Positions 29,815 to 39,744 are shown, counted from the first letter of the stretch. The stretch is 64,000 nt of DNA from an uncultured Actinomycetes bacterium (GCA_963706025.1 CAVPLM010000008.1:64001-128000); one strand, 5' to 3'. Numbers and translations are program-made. The notes: a model not told the origin generated them from the sequence alone.

Positions 29815-30129
29815 CTACTGGGCCGACATCCGCCCGACCTCGGTGGCCAGATCAAACGTGCGAATGCTCATTTCTTCCAGCAACTCGCGAATCTTGGCGA
29901 GACGCTGCTTGAAACCGTCGCTCGCCCGCCACTCCTCTACTGCGCGCTCGTCGGGCCAAGCTCCAACGCTTCTGAAACGGGCCGGGTCTTCCTTGTCCCT
30001 GAACAGCTTGCCCCACCCGTTGGGGCCGTATTCATTGGTGCTCCACTCGGCGAGCTCCCGCCAGGCATCCACGAACTCCTGCTCGCGGCCTGGCTTCACC
30101 TGCCAATCCCCAGATGTATAGACGGCCAC
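29815..30129 (-). CDS. Antibiotic biosynthesis monooxygenase (ABM) domain protein
   Basis: WQVKPGREQEFVDAW...DPARFRSVGAW. Confidence 0.8.
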   Translation of the reverse strand: MAVYTSGDWQVKPGREQEFVDAWRELAEWSTNEYGPNGWGKLFRDKEDPARFRSVGAWPDERAVEEWRASDGFKQRLAKIRELLEEMSIRTFDLATEVGRMSAQ

Positions 30130-30300
30130 GATGCGCCTCCTCCCGTGGGTAGTATGTGTCCTCCTACTTCCCGCAATCGGGACCAGCTAACCGTCGATCA
30201 GGGCATCCGGGCACGCGAGTCCGTTTCGATCCTGCCTCTGTTGGCAGCGGTCTGTCGTGGTCCCCAGTTTCAAAGATAGGAGCCCGAACCTGAGGCTCGG

Positions 30301-31101
30301 CTACAGCCGCGCGGCCAGCGCCTGCCTCATCTCCTCGGCCGACGGGTATCGGGCGGCCGGGTCCTTCTGCAGCGCCCGCAGGACCACCTTGTCGATCCAC
30401 CCGGGCACACCGGCCCGGCGCTGGCTCGGAGGGGTGGGCGGCGTGGTCAGGTGCTTCTGGGCCACCTCGGCGGCCGAGGTGCCGTCGAACGGGACCGCTC
30501 CGGTTACCAGCTCGTACAGGATCACTCCCAGCGCGTAGACGTCGGACTGAGGGATCACCCGGTCGCTCTGGATCTGCTCCGGGCTGAGGTAGTAGGCTGT
30601 CGCCGCCGCCCGGCTCTCCCCCTCGGGCAGGATGCTGGCGATCGCCATGCCCCACCCCAGCACCTTCACCTCGTCGGACTCGGCCGAGACCAGCAGGTTG
30701 GAGGTCTTCAGGTTGCCGTGGGACACGCCCTGGGACTCGATGGCGGTCACCGCCGCGGCGGCCTGCAGGAGGTAGCGGACCGCGAGCGAAGGCTCCAGCG
30801 GTCCTCCCGCCTGGATCATGCTCTCGAGGTCGATACCCGGGATGTAGTCGCGCACCACGTAGAAGTTATCCCCGTCGCGGCCCCACGCGCTCGGGGTGAT
30901 CAGGCCGGGATGTCCGGCCACGGCCTCCAGGCGCGCGGACATGTCGGCGGCAAGCTCCGGCGACACGTCCCGCAGCACCTTCAGAACCACGACCTCCCCG
31001 CCCGGCCCCGTCGCCTGGTGCGTCTCCGCCGACCCGGCCGCATCCAGCCGCCGTCCCAGCCGGTACCCACCGACCACCACCGGCTCCCTCACTCTGCCCA
31101 T
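30301..31101 (-). CDS. Ser/Thr protein kinase-like domain, probable pseudokinase
   Basis: VLK, YLSPEQ and SDVYALGVILYE retained; HRD is HGN and DFG is GWG. Confidence 0.75.
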   Translation of the reverse strand: MGRVREPVVVGGYRLGRRLDAAGSAETHQATGPGGEVVVLKVLRDVSPELAADMSARLEAVAGHPGLITPSAWGRDGDNFYVVRDYIPGIDLESMIQAGGPLEPSLAVRYLLQAAAAVTAIESQGVSHGNLKTSNLLVSAESDEVKVLGWGMAIASILPEGESRAAATAYYLSPEQIQSDRVIPQSDVYALGVILYELVTGAVPFDGTSAAEVAQKHLTTPPTPPSQRRAGVPGWIDKVVLRALQKDPAARYPSAEEMRQALAARL

Positions 31102-31498
31102 CTCGACCCCCATCCTCGAAGTTGACCTGCACGCGTCGCGAGAGACGCCGGTGCTGTCGCTCCTCCTCAGTGTAGAGGAAGACGAGACCGTCCGCCGCCT
31201 CGTCGAGCAAGCGCGGGACCTCCGTTCTCTACCCGTAATACCATCTTGCTGCCCGCCCAAGGAGGCGTCACCTTCGATCGGCCCGCCGAACCCACGCCTC
31301 TGCAACGGCGGGCCTTCGAGCTCTTGGGTGCCCCAATCCCCCCGCGCTTCACGTAGTCAGAAACCCCTCCTGGGCTTGGGCACCTTTCCCCTGCAGTTGG
31401 GCGGGTTCGGTGCGGGCGAGCGGGGGTAACTTGGGGCTAGTACGCCGGCGGCCGCTCCCAATGTGATGCAAGGGCCGTCGGGCGGCACAGGAATCGGC

Positions 31499-31900
31499 TC
31501 AGTGGCAACTACCTCCTCCGCACACTTGCCTCGCCGACATCACCGGGACACGGTCTTGGAGGAGGGCATCCACCACTTCTTTCACCGTGGGCAACTCCTG
31601 GTCGGCGTAGACCGTGATACCCATGTCGCCGAAAAACGCCAGAGGACGGGCGCCCATGCCACCCACCACGATCTCGGTTGCGCCCAGGGAGGCAAGAAGC
31701 TTCACTGGGTCGAGACACCCGCCCTCCTGATGGGGGGTATTTGCGACCACGCTCACCTTCGTCCCGCTGTCTCCGCCCACTTCGACCAGCGTGAAGAAGT
31801 CACAATGGCCGAAGTGCCCAGAGCGCTCTGCCTCAAGGCCTCCTGGGGCCAGGGAGGGCACCGCGATGGTTCTCTTTGGTTTGTTGAACGGCTCTGACAC
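31499..31900 (-). CDS. NifB/NifX family (FeMo-co biosynthesis domain) protein
   Basis: SGHFGHCDFF, HQEGGC, GGMGARP. Confidence 0.85.
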   Translation of the reverse strand: MSEPFNKPKRTIAVPSLAPGGLEAERSGHFGHCDFFTLVEVGGDSGTKVSVVANTPHQEGGCLDPVKLLASLGATEIVVGGMGARPLAFFGDMGITVYADQELPTVKEVVDALLQDRVPVMSARQVCGGGSCH

Positions 31901-31931
31901 GTGAGATTCCTTCCTGTACATGGCTGGCATA

Positions 31932-31950
31932 TAAGTGTTGTTAGCACTTA
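31932..31950. promoter_or_regulatory. Operator-like inverted repeat
   Basis: TAAGTG-N7-CACTTA in AT-rich spacer upstream of 31900. Confidence 0.35.
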
Positions 31951-32037
31951 GCTTAGCATCTTCTCAAGGACGGTCAGGGTATTGGCTTCCGCGGAAGAAC
32001 CGGCTCCAAAGCAAGGCTGCTAACTGGGCTCACCAAG

Positions 32038-32781
32038 CTACAGCCTGATGTTTACTTTGCGGATGCGCTCGCCGAAAAGCCTCATCCCGCCTCCTTCGCT
32101 TACCACCTGAAGGATCCCGGGTCCATCGGTCACCGTGATGCCGGAAAGCAAGGTGACTCCGAGGGGTGCGAAGACTGCCGGTACCAGGGGCGTGGAGGCA
32201 CCGACCAGGGCAATCTCGCGACATCCGGCCGCCGCCTCCAGCAGAGGGTCAAGATCACCCAGGATGAGCGCGGTCGAAGTGATGATGGCCACCTCGCAGC
32301 GGGGCAGCTCCGCAAGAGCCTCCGCCGCTGGGAGCACCCGCTCCGAGCGAGCGGCATTGCGCTCGAAGATGACCAGTTCGCGGACGCGCTTCTCTAGTGG
32401 GGCCACCAAGGGGCCAAAATACCCCACCATGCCCACCCGGTCCAGGAAGCCGACTGAGATGACGTGGAGGACGTCCCCCTCATGCTGGCCGGCGCTGCGC
32501 CGGTTGGCGAGAGCATTGGCGACGGCCAGCCCCACACTGCACTCTAACGCCTCATCTGATCCCAGATACCCAAGGATCTCGGTGGTTGTTCTACCGACGG
32601 GGAACCGCCCGCCCGTGAAGACCGAGGAGTCCGCGGCCGCCTTCTCGCGGAACGTGTAGGCCACACCCACGTTCCCATCCTCCAGCATGGCCGCTGTGTA
32701 GCCGGGGCCGATGCGCACATCGGCGACCCGCTGTTCAGTGGCGGTCGAAACCAGGTAGTTGCGCAACTCCTCAGCGATCAT
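32038..32781 (-). CDS. DUF364/DUF4213 putative metal-chelation protein
   Basis: SVGLAVANAL, VGMVGYFGP, LVGASTPL. Confidence 0.8.
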   Translation of the reverse strand: MIAEELRNYLVSTATEQRVADVRIGPGYTAAMLEDGNVGVAYTFREKAAADSSVFTGGRFPVGRTTTEILGYLGSDEALECSVGLAVANALANRRSAGQHEGDVLHVISVGFLDRVGMVGYFGPLVAPLEKRVRELVIFERNAARSERVLPAAEALAELPRCEVAIITSTALILGDLDPLLEAAAGCREIALVGASTPLVPAVFAPLGVTLLSGITVTDGPGILQVVSEGGGMRLFGERIRKVNIRL

Positions 32782-32966
32782 GGGCCCTCCATCATTACTC
32801 GCCTGAGCTAACTGCAAGAAGCATTTAGATAATACTACCACCTGCAGTAAGACAACCTTGCGTACGGGGCCATTGCTCCCCTTCTCTTCGCGACAAGCCG
32901 GTGGTGAGGCGAGGACAGGACTGGCGGCGCTTGAGTTGGCGCCAAGTAAATAGCTTGCCGCGGCGC

Positions 32967-33015
32967 TTGACAGCATGGGCCGCTAATGGTTACATATAGA
33001 TGTAGTTAACATCTA
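32967..33015 (+). promoter_or_regulatory. Sigma70-type promoter with overlapping operator
   Basis: TTGACA at 32967, TACATA at 32991, inverted repeat TAGATGT-N5-ACATCTA at 32997-33015. Confidence 0.55.
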
Positions 33016-33030
33016 GATGCAGAGAGTGCC

Positions 33031-33642
33031 ATGATGTACGTTGATGACAACCTGTGTACCGGCTGCAGCCTTTGCGTGGACGTCTGCGTTCAGGGGGCCA
33101 TATCTCTCCAGAAAACCAAGGCATCGATCGATGAGGCTCTTTGTACCTCGTGTAGCCGATGTGTGGATGTATGTCTCACGGGCGCCATCATCTCTGTGGA
33201 GATCGTTTCTGAGCACTCCCCTACCCCCGTCCTCGCTCCGTACGCACGGACCCAACAGGCCTGGGCGGGGGCCCCTTCTTTCTACCCGACAGGGATAGAT
33301 GCCAACACGCCGCCCCCCGCGTCTGCCGTACCGCAGCCCGCGCCTACATCCAAGCTGGAAGTCGTCGAGAGACTGCTCTCCGGGTTTCTGAGCGTGGCCG
33401 CCTTCGTCCTTGAGCGCAGGCAAGGCCGGTCGGCCCGGCCGACTTCGCTCAAGGCCCTCGTCAGAGGCGGCACCCCGGCCACAGGCGCCGGGAGCACCAA
33501 CTGTTCCGGCCCCCGGCAGGTTCGCGGGGGCCGACGACAGGGCCTGGGCGCCGGCCAAGGCCCGAGAGATGGACGCGGCCCGGGGGCCGGTCGAGGTCGC
33601 AACGATCGATGCCAGGCCAACAGACGAAACCGTTCGACCTAA
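33031..33642 (+). CDS. 2x[4Fe-4S] ferredoxin-domain protein with Gly/Arg-rich tail
   Basis: CTGCSLCVDVC and CTSCSRCVDVC. Confidence 0.8.
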   Translation: MMYVDDNLCTGCSLCVDVCVQGAISLQKTKASIDEALCTSCSRCVDVCLTGAIISVEIVSEHSPTPVLAPYARTQQAWAGAPSFYPTGIDANTPPPASAVPQPAPTSKLEVVERLLSGFLSVAAFVLERRQGRSARPTSLKALVRGGTPATGAGSTNCSGPRQVRGGRRQGLGAGQGPRDGRGPGAGRGRNDRCQANRRNRST

Positions 33643-33658
33643 CGGAGAGGAACACCAT

Positions 33659-34018
33659 ATGAAACTTGCGATCACCGCCGCGGGGCCAGATCTGTCTAGT
33701 CCGATCGATCAGCGCTTCGGCAGAGCCCGGTATCTGCTCATCGTAGACACCCCGGAGCGTACGGTGCAGGCCATCGACAATCTTGCCGGCATGAACGCGG
33801 CCCAGGGCGCGGGCATCCAGGCGGCGCAGAGCGTCATCGACAACCAGGCCACCGTGCTCATCACCGGGCACTGTGGGCCGAAGGCCTTTCGAGCCCTGGA
33901 GGCCGGAGGCATCCACGTGTATCTCGCGCCCCGGGGAACGGTCGATGAGGCGATCGGCAAGTTCCAAACGGGTGAGCTTTCGCTGGCCCCCACCGCAGAC
34001 GTAGACGGCCATTGGTAG
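33659..34018 (+). CDS. NifB/NifX family protein (Orange-protein-like)
   Basis: IDQRFGRARY, GAGIQAAQ, TGHCGPKAF. Confidence 0.9.
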   Translation: MKLAITAAGPDLSSPIDQRFGRARYLLIVDTPERTVQAIDNLAGMNAAQGAGIQAAQSVIDNQATVLITGHCGPKAFRALEAGGIHVYLAPRGTVDEAIGKFQTGELSLAPTADVDGHW

Positions 34019-34065
34019 ATCGATCAAGCATCAGCATCGTCATGCGCAAATGAAGGAGGTAAGAA

Positions 34066-34440
34066 ATGCCTAGAGGAGATGAAACGGGACCATTTGGTGA
34101 AGGTCCGATGACGGGAAGAGCCGCCGGATACTGTGCCGGATATGCAGTCCCGGGCTTCACAGGCGGCCGAGTCTTTGGTCGCGGCGGTCCTGGCCCCGGC
34201 CTGGGCTACGGGCGCGGAGGCGGCCGTGGGGCTGGAGGCGGCCGTGGGGCTGGTGGCGGCTTCGGCTATCGTAACCGCTACTACGCGACCGGCATCCCGT
34301 TCAACGCCTACGCGGCTCCCGGTCCAGGTCCCGTTCTCGACCGTGACGAGGAGATGGCTCTGCTCAAGAGCGAATCTCAGCGGTTGAAATCGGTGCTGGA
34401 GACCATCGAGCAGCGCTTGGCCCAGCTCGAGACCGAGTGA
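34066..34440 (+). CDS. DUF5320 domain protein
   Basis: MPRGDETGPFGEGPMTGRAAGYC, Gly/Arg-rich, C-terminal coiled coil. Confidence 0.85.
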   Translation: MPRGDETGPFGEGPMTGRAAGYCAGYAVPGFTGGRVFGRGGPGPGLGYGRGGGRGAGGGRGAGGGFGYRNRYYATGIPFNAYAAPGPGPVLDRDEEMALLKSESQRLKSVLETIEQRLAQLETE

Positions 34441-35357
34441 AGATCGTTATTGCCAGCGGCAAAGGCGGCACCGGCAAGACCACTCTCGCAGTCAACCTGG
34501 CCGTGGCGCTTGCCGGTGAGGGATCCGTTGGGCTCCTCGACTGTGACGTCGAGGAGCCCAACTGCCACCTCTATCTGAAGCCCCTATTCGACGTTACGGA
34601 ATCGGTGGGGACCCGCGTACCGGCGGTGGACGGGGAGGCCTGTACCGGGTGTGGCCTGTGCGCCCGGGCGTGTGAGTTCCATGCTTTGCTGGCGCTACCA
34701 GGAGTGCCTCTACTCCTCCCCGAGCTGTGCCACGCCTGCGGGGTCTGCTCCTACGTATGCCCGGAGGAGGCGATCTCCGAGACCTACCGGGAGATCGGGC
34801 TGATCGGCGCGGGAGAGGTGAGCGGCCTCTATCTCCGCTGGGGACGCCTGCACATCGGCGAGGCCCGGTCTACCCCCATCATCCGGGCGGTCAAGGATCT
34901 TGTCATGGCCCCCTATCTCGATACGGTCATCATCGATGCTCCTCCGGGGGTCGCCTGTCCCGTGGTCGAGACTCTGAGGGACGCCGACTTCGCCGTGCTG
35001 GTCACGGAGCCCACCCCCTTCGGGCTCCACGATCTCAAGTTGGCCGTACAGACGGCCCGGGAGATGAGCATCCCCTGCGGCGTCGTCGTCAACCGAGCCG
35101 GGATCGGTGACAACCGGGTCAACGATTTCTGCACCAGCGAAGGCGTGCCTATCCTTCTTGAGATCCCCGCCGACAGACATATCGCCGAGGCCTGCTCCCG
35201 GGGAGAGGTGTTCGCCGCCACCGACGCTGCCTTTGCCTCCGAGCTACGCACCTTTGCCGCCGACCTGCAGGCCCGAATCGGGAACCTGCGAGCAGAGGGT
35301 GCCGATGTCTCCGTCTCCGCAACAAAGTCCCCCGCCGAGAAGGTGGCGTCGTCGTGA
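34437..35357 (+). CDS. MinD-like P-loop ATPase with inserted ferredoxin domain
   Basis: SGKGGTGKT, DCDVEEPN, two CxxCxxC motifs, VTEPTPFGLHDL. Confidence 0.9.
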   Translation: MKIVIASGKGGTGKTTLAVNLAVALAGEGSVGLLDCDVEEPNCHLYLKPLFDVTESVGTRVPAVDGEACTGCGLCARACEFHALLALPGVPLLLPELCHACGVCSYVCPEEAISETYREIGLIGAGEVSGLYLRWGRLHIGEARSTPIIRAVKDLVMAPYLDTVIIDAPPGVACPVVETLRDADFAVLVTEPTPFGLHDLKLAVQTAREMSIPCGVVVNRAGIGDNRVNDFCTSEGVPILLEIPADRHIAEACSRGEVFAATDAAFASELRTFAADLQARIGNLRAEGADVSVSATKSPAEKVASS

Positions 35358-36277
35358 CCTCCTTCGACTCGACACAGGGGCCAAAGCAGTTGGTGGTCCT
35401 GAGCGGAAAAGGGGGCACCGGCAAGACCAGTCTGGTCGCGGCTCTGGCCACCTTCGTCCCCGACAAGGTCCTCGCCGACTGCGATGTCGACGCCGCCGAC
35501 CTGCATCTGGTGCTGGATCCTAAGCGCAAGCACAGGGAGCCCTTCGTCTCCGGCAAAGAGGCCCGCATCGCGCCGGAGCGCTGCAGCGCGTGCGGCCTGT
35601 GCATGGAGCACTGCCGATTTGACGCCGTCCACATGGCCCGATACAACGGCGGTCGGTCGGTCTATGCGGTCGATCATCTCGCTTGCGAGGGATGCGGGCT
35701 CTGCGCCCGGGTCTGCACGTCCGGGGCGGTGGATATGTTGGACGCCGAGCGCGGGGAATGGTTCGTCTCGGATACGCGCCACGGTCCCCTGGTGCATGCT
35801 CGACTCAACATCGGAGGGGAGAACTCGGGTAAGCTCGTCACCGTCGTCAGGAACCAGGCTCTGGCACTGGCTCAGGAGACGGGCGCCGGCCTAGTCCTCG
35901 TCGACGGTCCCCCGGGCATCGGTTGCCCTGTCATCGCCTCCGTCACGGGGGCGGACCTGGTACTGGCCGTGACCGAACCGACCGTCTCGGGGGCCCACGA
36001 CCTGGAACGGGCAGCCGACCTGGTGCGGGGTTTCGGCCTGCCCCTGGCGGTATGCATCAACAAGAGCGACCTCAACCCGGACATGGCCGAACGCATCAGT
36101 GACCTCTGCGCCGCCCGTGGATTCCCCGTGGTGGGTGAGCTGGACTACGATATCGCCGTGGTGCGGGCGCAGGTGGAGGGGAAGAGCATCGTGGAATACG
36201 GCCCCAGCGTGGTCGCCGATCAGATACGAAAGATGTGGGGAGTCCTGGAAAGCATGTTGAAGAAAGCGGAGGCATAG
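35354..36277 (+). CDS. MinD-like P-loop ATPase with inserted ferredoxin domain (paralog)
   Basis: SGKGGTGKTS, DCDVDAADLHL, ENSGKLV, DGPPGIGCPVIAS. Confidence 0.9.
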   Translation: MTSFDSTQGPKQLVVLSGKGGTGKTSLVAALATFVPDKVLADCDVDAADLHLVLDPKRKHREPFVSGKEARIAPERCSACGLCMEHCRFDAVHMARYNGGRSVYAVDHLACEGCGLCARVCTSGAVDMLDAERGEWFVSDTRHGPLVHARLNIGGENSGKLVTVVRNQALALAQETGAGLVLVDGPPGIGCPVIASVTGADLVLAVTEPTVSGAHDLERAADLVRGFGLPLAVCINKSDLNPDMAERISDLCAARGFPVVGELDYDIAVVRAQVEGKSIVEYGPSVVADQIRKMWGVLESMLKKAEA

Positions 36278-36279
36278 AG

Positions 36280-37521
36280 ATGGATTGCACGCAGCCGGGC
36301 AACGACCGCGCGCTGGCGGTCAACGAGAGAATGGCTCACGTCAAGCACAAGATCATCGTCCTGTCCGGCAAAGGCGGGGTGGGCAAGAGCACGGTCGCGG
36401 TCAGTCTCGCCACTTCTCTCGCGCTCGAAGGCAAGCGTGTAGGGCTTCTGGACGTGGATCTGCACGGACCGACCGTCCCCCAGCTCATGGGTTTGAATGG
36501 TCACTCGGTGGTCACCGAGGGACAGGTCCTCGTCCCCGTCGAGGTGGGCGAGAGTCTCAAAGTCATGTCGATCGGCTTCTTGCTGGGCGAGCAGGACGGA
36601 GCCGTCGTGTGGCGCGGCCCCATGAAGGCGATCGCCATCGAGCAGTTCCTGGGAGAGGTCGAATGGGGTGAGCTCGACTATCTGATCATCGACTCGCCAC
36701 CGGGTACGGGTGACGAGCCGCTGGCGGTCTGCCAGGCCATCGGCAAGATGGACGGAGCCATCATCGTGACCACTCCACAGGAGACCGCGCTCAGCAACGT
36801 GCGCCGTTCGATCAAGTTCTGCGCGCTGCTCGACCTGAAGGTCCTGGGGGTCATCGAGAACATGGCCGGCTTCGTCTGTCCGCATTGCGGGGAGGTCACC
36901 AACGTCTTCAGCAAGGGCGGCGGAGCCACGATGGCGGCCAAGGCCGGCGTCCCTCTGCTGGCCACGGTACCTCTCGATCCCACTATCGTCGAGGCGGGCG
37001 ACGCCGGCCGGTCCTTTGTCTATCACTACTCGAAGAGCCCTGCCGCCCAGGAGTTCGCCAAGGCCGTGGGCCCCATACTTGCCCTTGACGAGGACACATC
37101 TGTTGAGGCCACGCCGGCGGGAAGCCGCGGCCCAGAGGCTGACCGCGTTGATGCGGTCCCGGTCGCAGAGGTCGACTCCGTTCTCCGTTTCGCCGTTCCC
37201 ACCAGTGACGGACTCCTCTGTCCCCACTTCGGCCACTGCCAGGAATTCACCCTCATCGACGTCGATGCGCCGTCGAAAAAGGTGCTCGGCCTGACCAGGG
37301 TCCCCGCTCCCGAGCACGAACCCGGGCTGCTTCCCGCCTGGCTGGCCGACAAAGGAGCCGGCTTCATCATCGCCGGAGGGATGGGTTCGCGGGCCCAGCA
37401 GTTGTTCGCCGAGCAGGGGGTGACCGTCGTCACCGGTGCGCCCATGGCCGAGCCGGAGACCATCGTCCAGCAGTTTTTGGACGGCGCTCTGGTGATCGGG
37501 GATAACGTGTGCGATCACTGA
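36280..37521 (+). CDS. Mrp/NBP35 Fe-S carrier fused to a NifB/NifX domain (MrpORP-like)
   Basis: GKGGVGKST, WRGPMK, DSPPGTGDE, CPHC; C-terminal HFGHCQEF..HEPGLLP..NVCDH. Confidence 0.9.
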   Translation: MDCTQPGNDRALAVNERMAHVKHKIIVLSGKGGVGKSTVAVSLATSLALEGKRVGLLDVDLHGPTVPQLMGLNGHSVVTEGQVLVPVEVGESLKVMSIGFLLGEQDGAVVWRGPMKAIAIEQFLGEVEWGELDYLIIDSPPGTGDEPLAVCQAIGKMDGAIIVTTPQETALSNVRRSIKFCALLDLKVLGVIENMAGFVCPHCGEVTNVFSKGGGATMAAKAGVPLLATVPLDPTIVEAGDAGRSFVYHYSKSPAAQEFAKAVGPILALDEDTSVEATPAGSRGPEADRVDAVPVAEVDSVLRFAVPTSDGLLCPHFGHCQEFTLIDVDAPSKKVLGLTRVPAPEHEPGLLPAWLADKGAGFIIAGGMGSRAQQLFAEQGVTVVTGAPMAEPETIVQQFLDGALVIGDNVCDH

Positions 37522-37539
37522 TCGGGGACGGAGCGAGCC

Positions 37540-37971
37540 GTGGATGGAGAAGAGCCCGGACGCGCAAGGTTATACCTGGATCCCGTCCTCGAGCACTTCT
37601 TGCGTCCCCGTAACGTGGGTGAGATCGCCGATGCCGATGGCGTAGGAGTCGTGGGTGATCCCGAGTGCGGTGACTACTTCAAGGTCTGGATCCGGGTGGA
37701 GGGCGATGTGCTTGCCGAGGTCAAATACAAGGTCTTGGGCTGCCCCGCGGCCATAGCCACCTGCAGTATGATGAGTGAGTTGGCCACGGGAAGGAGCGTC
37801 GATGAGGCTTATGAGCTGGACGACCTTGATATCATGCATGCTCTGGGAGGGCTGCCAGAGTCCAAGCAACACTGCTCCAACCACGCGGCGTCAGCCTTGC
37901 ATGAGGCTATCGATGACTTCGTATTCCGGAAACCAGCAAGACAACGGGCGGTGACCGAGGATGGGCCCTGA
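37540..37971 (+). CDS. IscU/NifU-like Fe-S scaffold
   Basis: HFLRPRNVG, PECGD, LGCPAAIA, LPESKQHCSN. Confidence 0.88.
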   Translation: MDGEEPGRARLYLDPVLEHFLRPRNVGEIADADGVGVVGDPECGDYFKVWIRVEGDVLAEVKYKVLGCPAAIATCSMMSELATGRSVDEAYELDDLDIMHALGGLPESKQHCSNHAASALHEAIDDFVFRKPARQRAVTEDGP

Positions 37972-38467
37972 TCAAGGCGGGACTCGAGGCCGAGGCAGGC
38001 GAGGAGCGGGACCAGGCTCCTGCGGCGGACCGGGCGGCGGACCGGGCGGCGGACCGGGCGGTGGCCCAGGCGGTGGCCCAGGCGGCGGCCGCTATCGGAG
38101 ATCGGTGCTCGAAGTGGCGATACTTTCCTCGCTCGCCCAGTCCACTGCCCACGGATACAACCTGGTGGATCAGATCGAGGCTCTCACTGGGGACTTGATC
38201 TGCATCGACCCGGGAAGTATGTATCGTCTCCTACGCGCCATGGAGGAAGAGGGGCTGCTCAGTTCGTCGTGGCAGACGCCTGAAGCGGGCCCCAGCCGAC
38301 GAGTCTACGCAATCACCGAACGAGGCATCGAGGCACTAGAGCTCGTAGCGAGGTCCCTTTCGCAGAGAGCGGCTTCCATGCAGCAACTCGCTGATCATGC
38401 TGCTCAGGCTGTTGCCAGGTTCCGCGCTGCCGGTCTAGTCGCAGATGCGGGTACTCCGCAGCGGTAG
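37961..38467 (+). CDS. PadR family regulator with N-terminal (GGGP)n tract
   Basis: AHGYNLV..DPGSMYRLLRAMEEEGL..RRVYAITERG. Confidence 0.88.
   Translation: MGPDQGGTRGRGRRGAGPGSCGGPGGGPGGGPGGGPGGGPGGGRYRRSVLEVAILSSLAQSTAHGYNLVDQIEALTGDLICIDPGSMYRLLRAMEEEGLLSSSWQTPEAGPSRRVYAITERGIEALELVARSLSQRAASMQQLADHAAQAVARFRAAGLVADAGTPQR
38024..38089 (+). repeat. 12-bp coding tandem repeat (GGGP)
   Basis: GGCGGCGGACCG / GGCGGTGGCCCA, about 5 units. Confidence 0.8.
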
Positions 38468-38537
38468 AGCAGGACTCCTCCGTCCGGCACGAGCGTCAGC
38501 GAGCCGGCCGACGCCGAACGCCGGCTCCTCGCACCCG

Positions 38538-38690
38538 CTGGGGATCTTTCTCCCTTTTCTTCGCCTCGGGTTAACCGCTTTTGGTGGCCCGGCCGTGATC
38601 GCCTACATCAAGAATCTGGCCGTCCAGAAGCAGCACTGGCTGAGCGGCGGTTCGTTCAGCGACGGCGTGGCCCTGTGCCAGACCATTCCC
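38538..38690 (+). pseudogene. chrA: N-terminal fragment of a chromate transporter
   Basis: FLRLGLTAFGGPAVIAYI...HWL..SFSDGVALCQTIP, then homology stops. Confidence 0.75.
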
Positions 38691-38853
38691 AGAGCCCAGG
38701 TATCTCGCCACGAATCGGCCCCTGGGTGTTCCAAGGTATATGGTGAGGCTACCAGATCCTCAGGGCACGCCTCGGCGCTGCCGATACCGGCTATGAGTTG
38801 CACGGTGGTTCCGTCCAGCCCATGATTCTGCAGCAGCACGTTATGGGGTACCG

Positions 38854-39744
38854 ATGAAAAGCCACTGCGCGGGAACCACACGCCGAAAGAGCATTGCTCG
38901 AGCATCGCTCTCTGGAGTAGCGGTGCTCATGACGATAGCGCTCACTTCCGCCCTCACCTCGGGATGCGGGGAGAGCGCTTCACCACCGCGGAGCCTCTCC
39001 GCGGCTCCCATGCGGTCCGTCGCGACCACGTCCGTCGCGACGACGTCCGTCGCTCAAACGGGGGGCTCATTCTCCCTACATGAGAGGGTCATGACTGAAC
39101 AAGGCCGTGGGACAGGCGCCGCAGCCGCAGACCGCCTGACGACGACCACTTCGGCAGGCCCGCCTCAGTCCACCACGACCACGTCCAGCGTTCTCTCGGC
39201 CGAACCGGACCCTACCACCACAGTCATCCTCAGCGGGGGGCAGACACCGCTTGAAGGGGTATGGGGCGGGACAGCGGAGCGGCTGGCCTCGTTCCTTGCC
39301 GGGGCATGTCCTTCGCCTCGCTTCACGGTCCCCGCTTCGGTTCTGGCCGAATACTACGTACGCTACGGTGCGGAAGCGGGACTGCGCGCCGATCTGCTCT
39401 GGGCGCAGATGATCAAAGAGACCGGCTATGGCATGTACGGGGGAGATGTGGTGCCGGAGCAGAACAACTACGCGGGCATCGGAGCCACCGGTGGTCACGA
39501 ACCAGGCGCGTCGTTCCCGACGGCCGAGGCAGGGGTCATGGCCCACGTGGCCCACATGGTGGCCTATGTCTACACCTCGAGCCCGGCGTCGTGGGCCGAT
39601 GCGACCACCGATCCGCGGTTCGACTTCGTCAACCCTCGCGGCGCGGCGTCCGTCCTTGCCGACCTCAACGGACGCTGGGCCGTTCCCGGTACCACGTACG
39701 GCGAGAGCATCGAGGCGATCGCCCGGGCTATCAATGCGTATTAA
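38854..39744 (+). CDS. Glucosaminidase-domain lipoprotein (paralog of 28832-29731)
   Basis: Collinear similarity including WAQMIKETGYGMYGG..PEQNNYAGIGATGG. Confidence 0.82.
   Translation: MKSHCAGTTRRKSIARASLSGVAVLMTIALTSALTSGCGESASPPRSLSAAPMRSVATTSVATTSVAQTGGSFSLHERVMTEQGRGTGAAAADRLTTTTSAGPPQSTTTTSSVLSAEPDPTTTVILSGGQTPLEGVWGGTAERLASFLAGACPSPRFTVPASVLAEYYVRYGAEAGLRADLLWAQMIKETGYGMYGGDVVPEQNNYAGIGATGGHEPGASFPTAEAGVMAHVAHMVAYVYTSSPASWADATTDPRFDFVNPRGAASVLADLNGRWAVPGTTYGESIEAIARAINAY

Noticed and set aside
31499-37971. Nitrogen fixation cluster
   Set aside because: Only NifB/NifX-like and NifU-like domains are present; no nifHDK.
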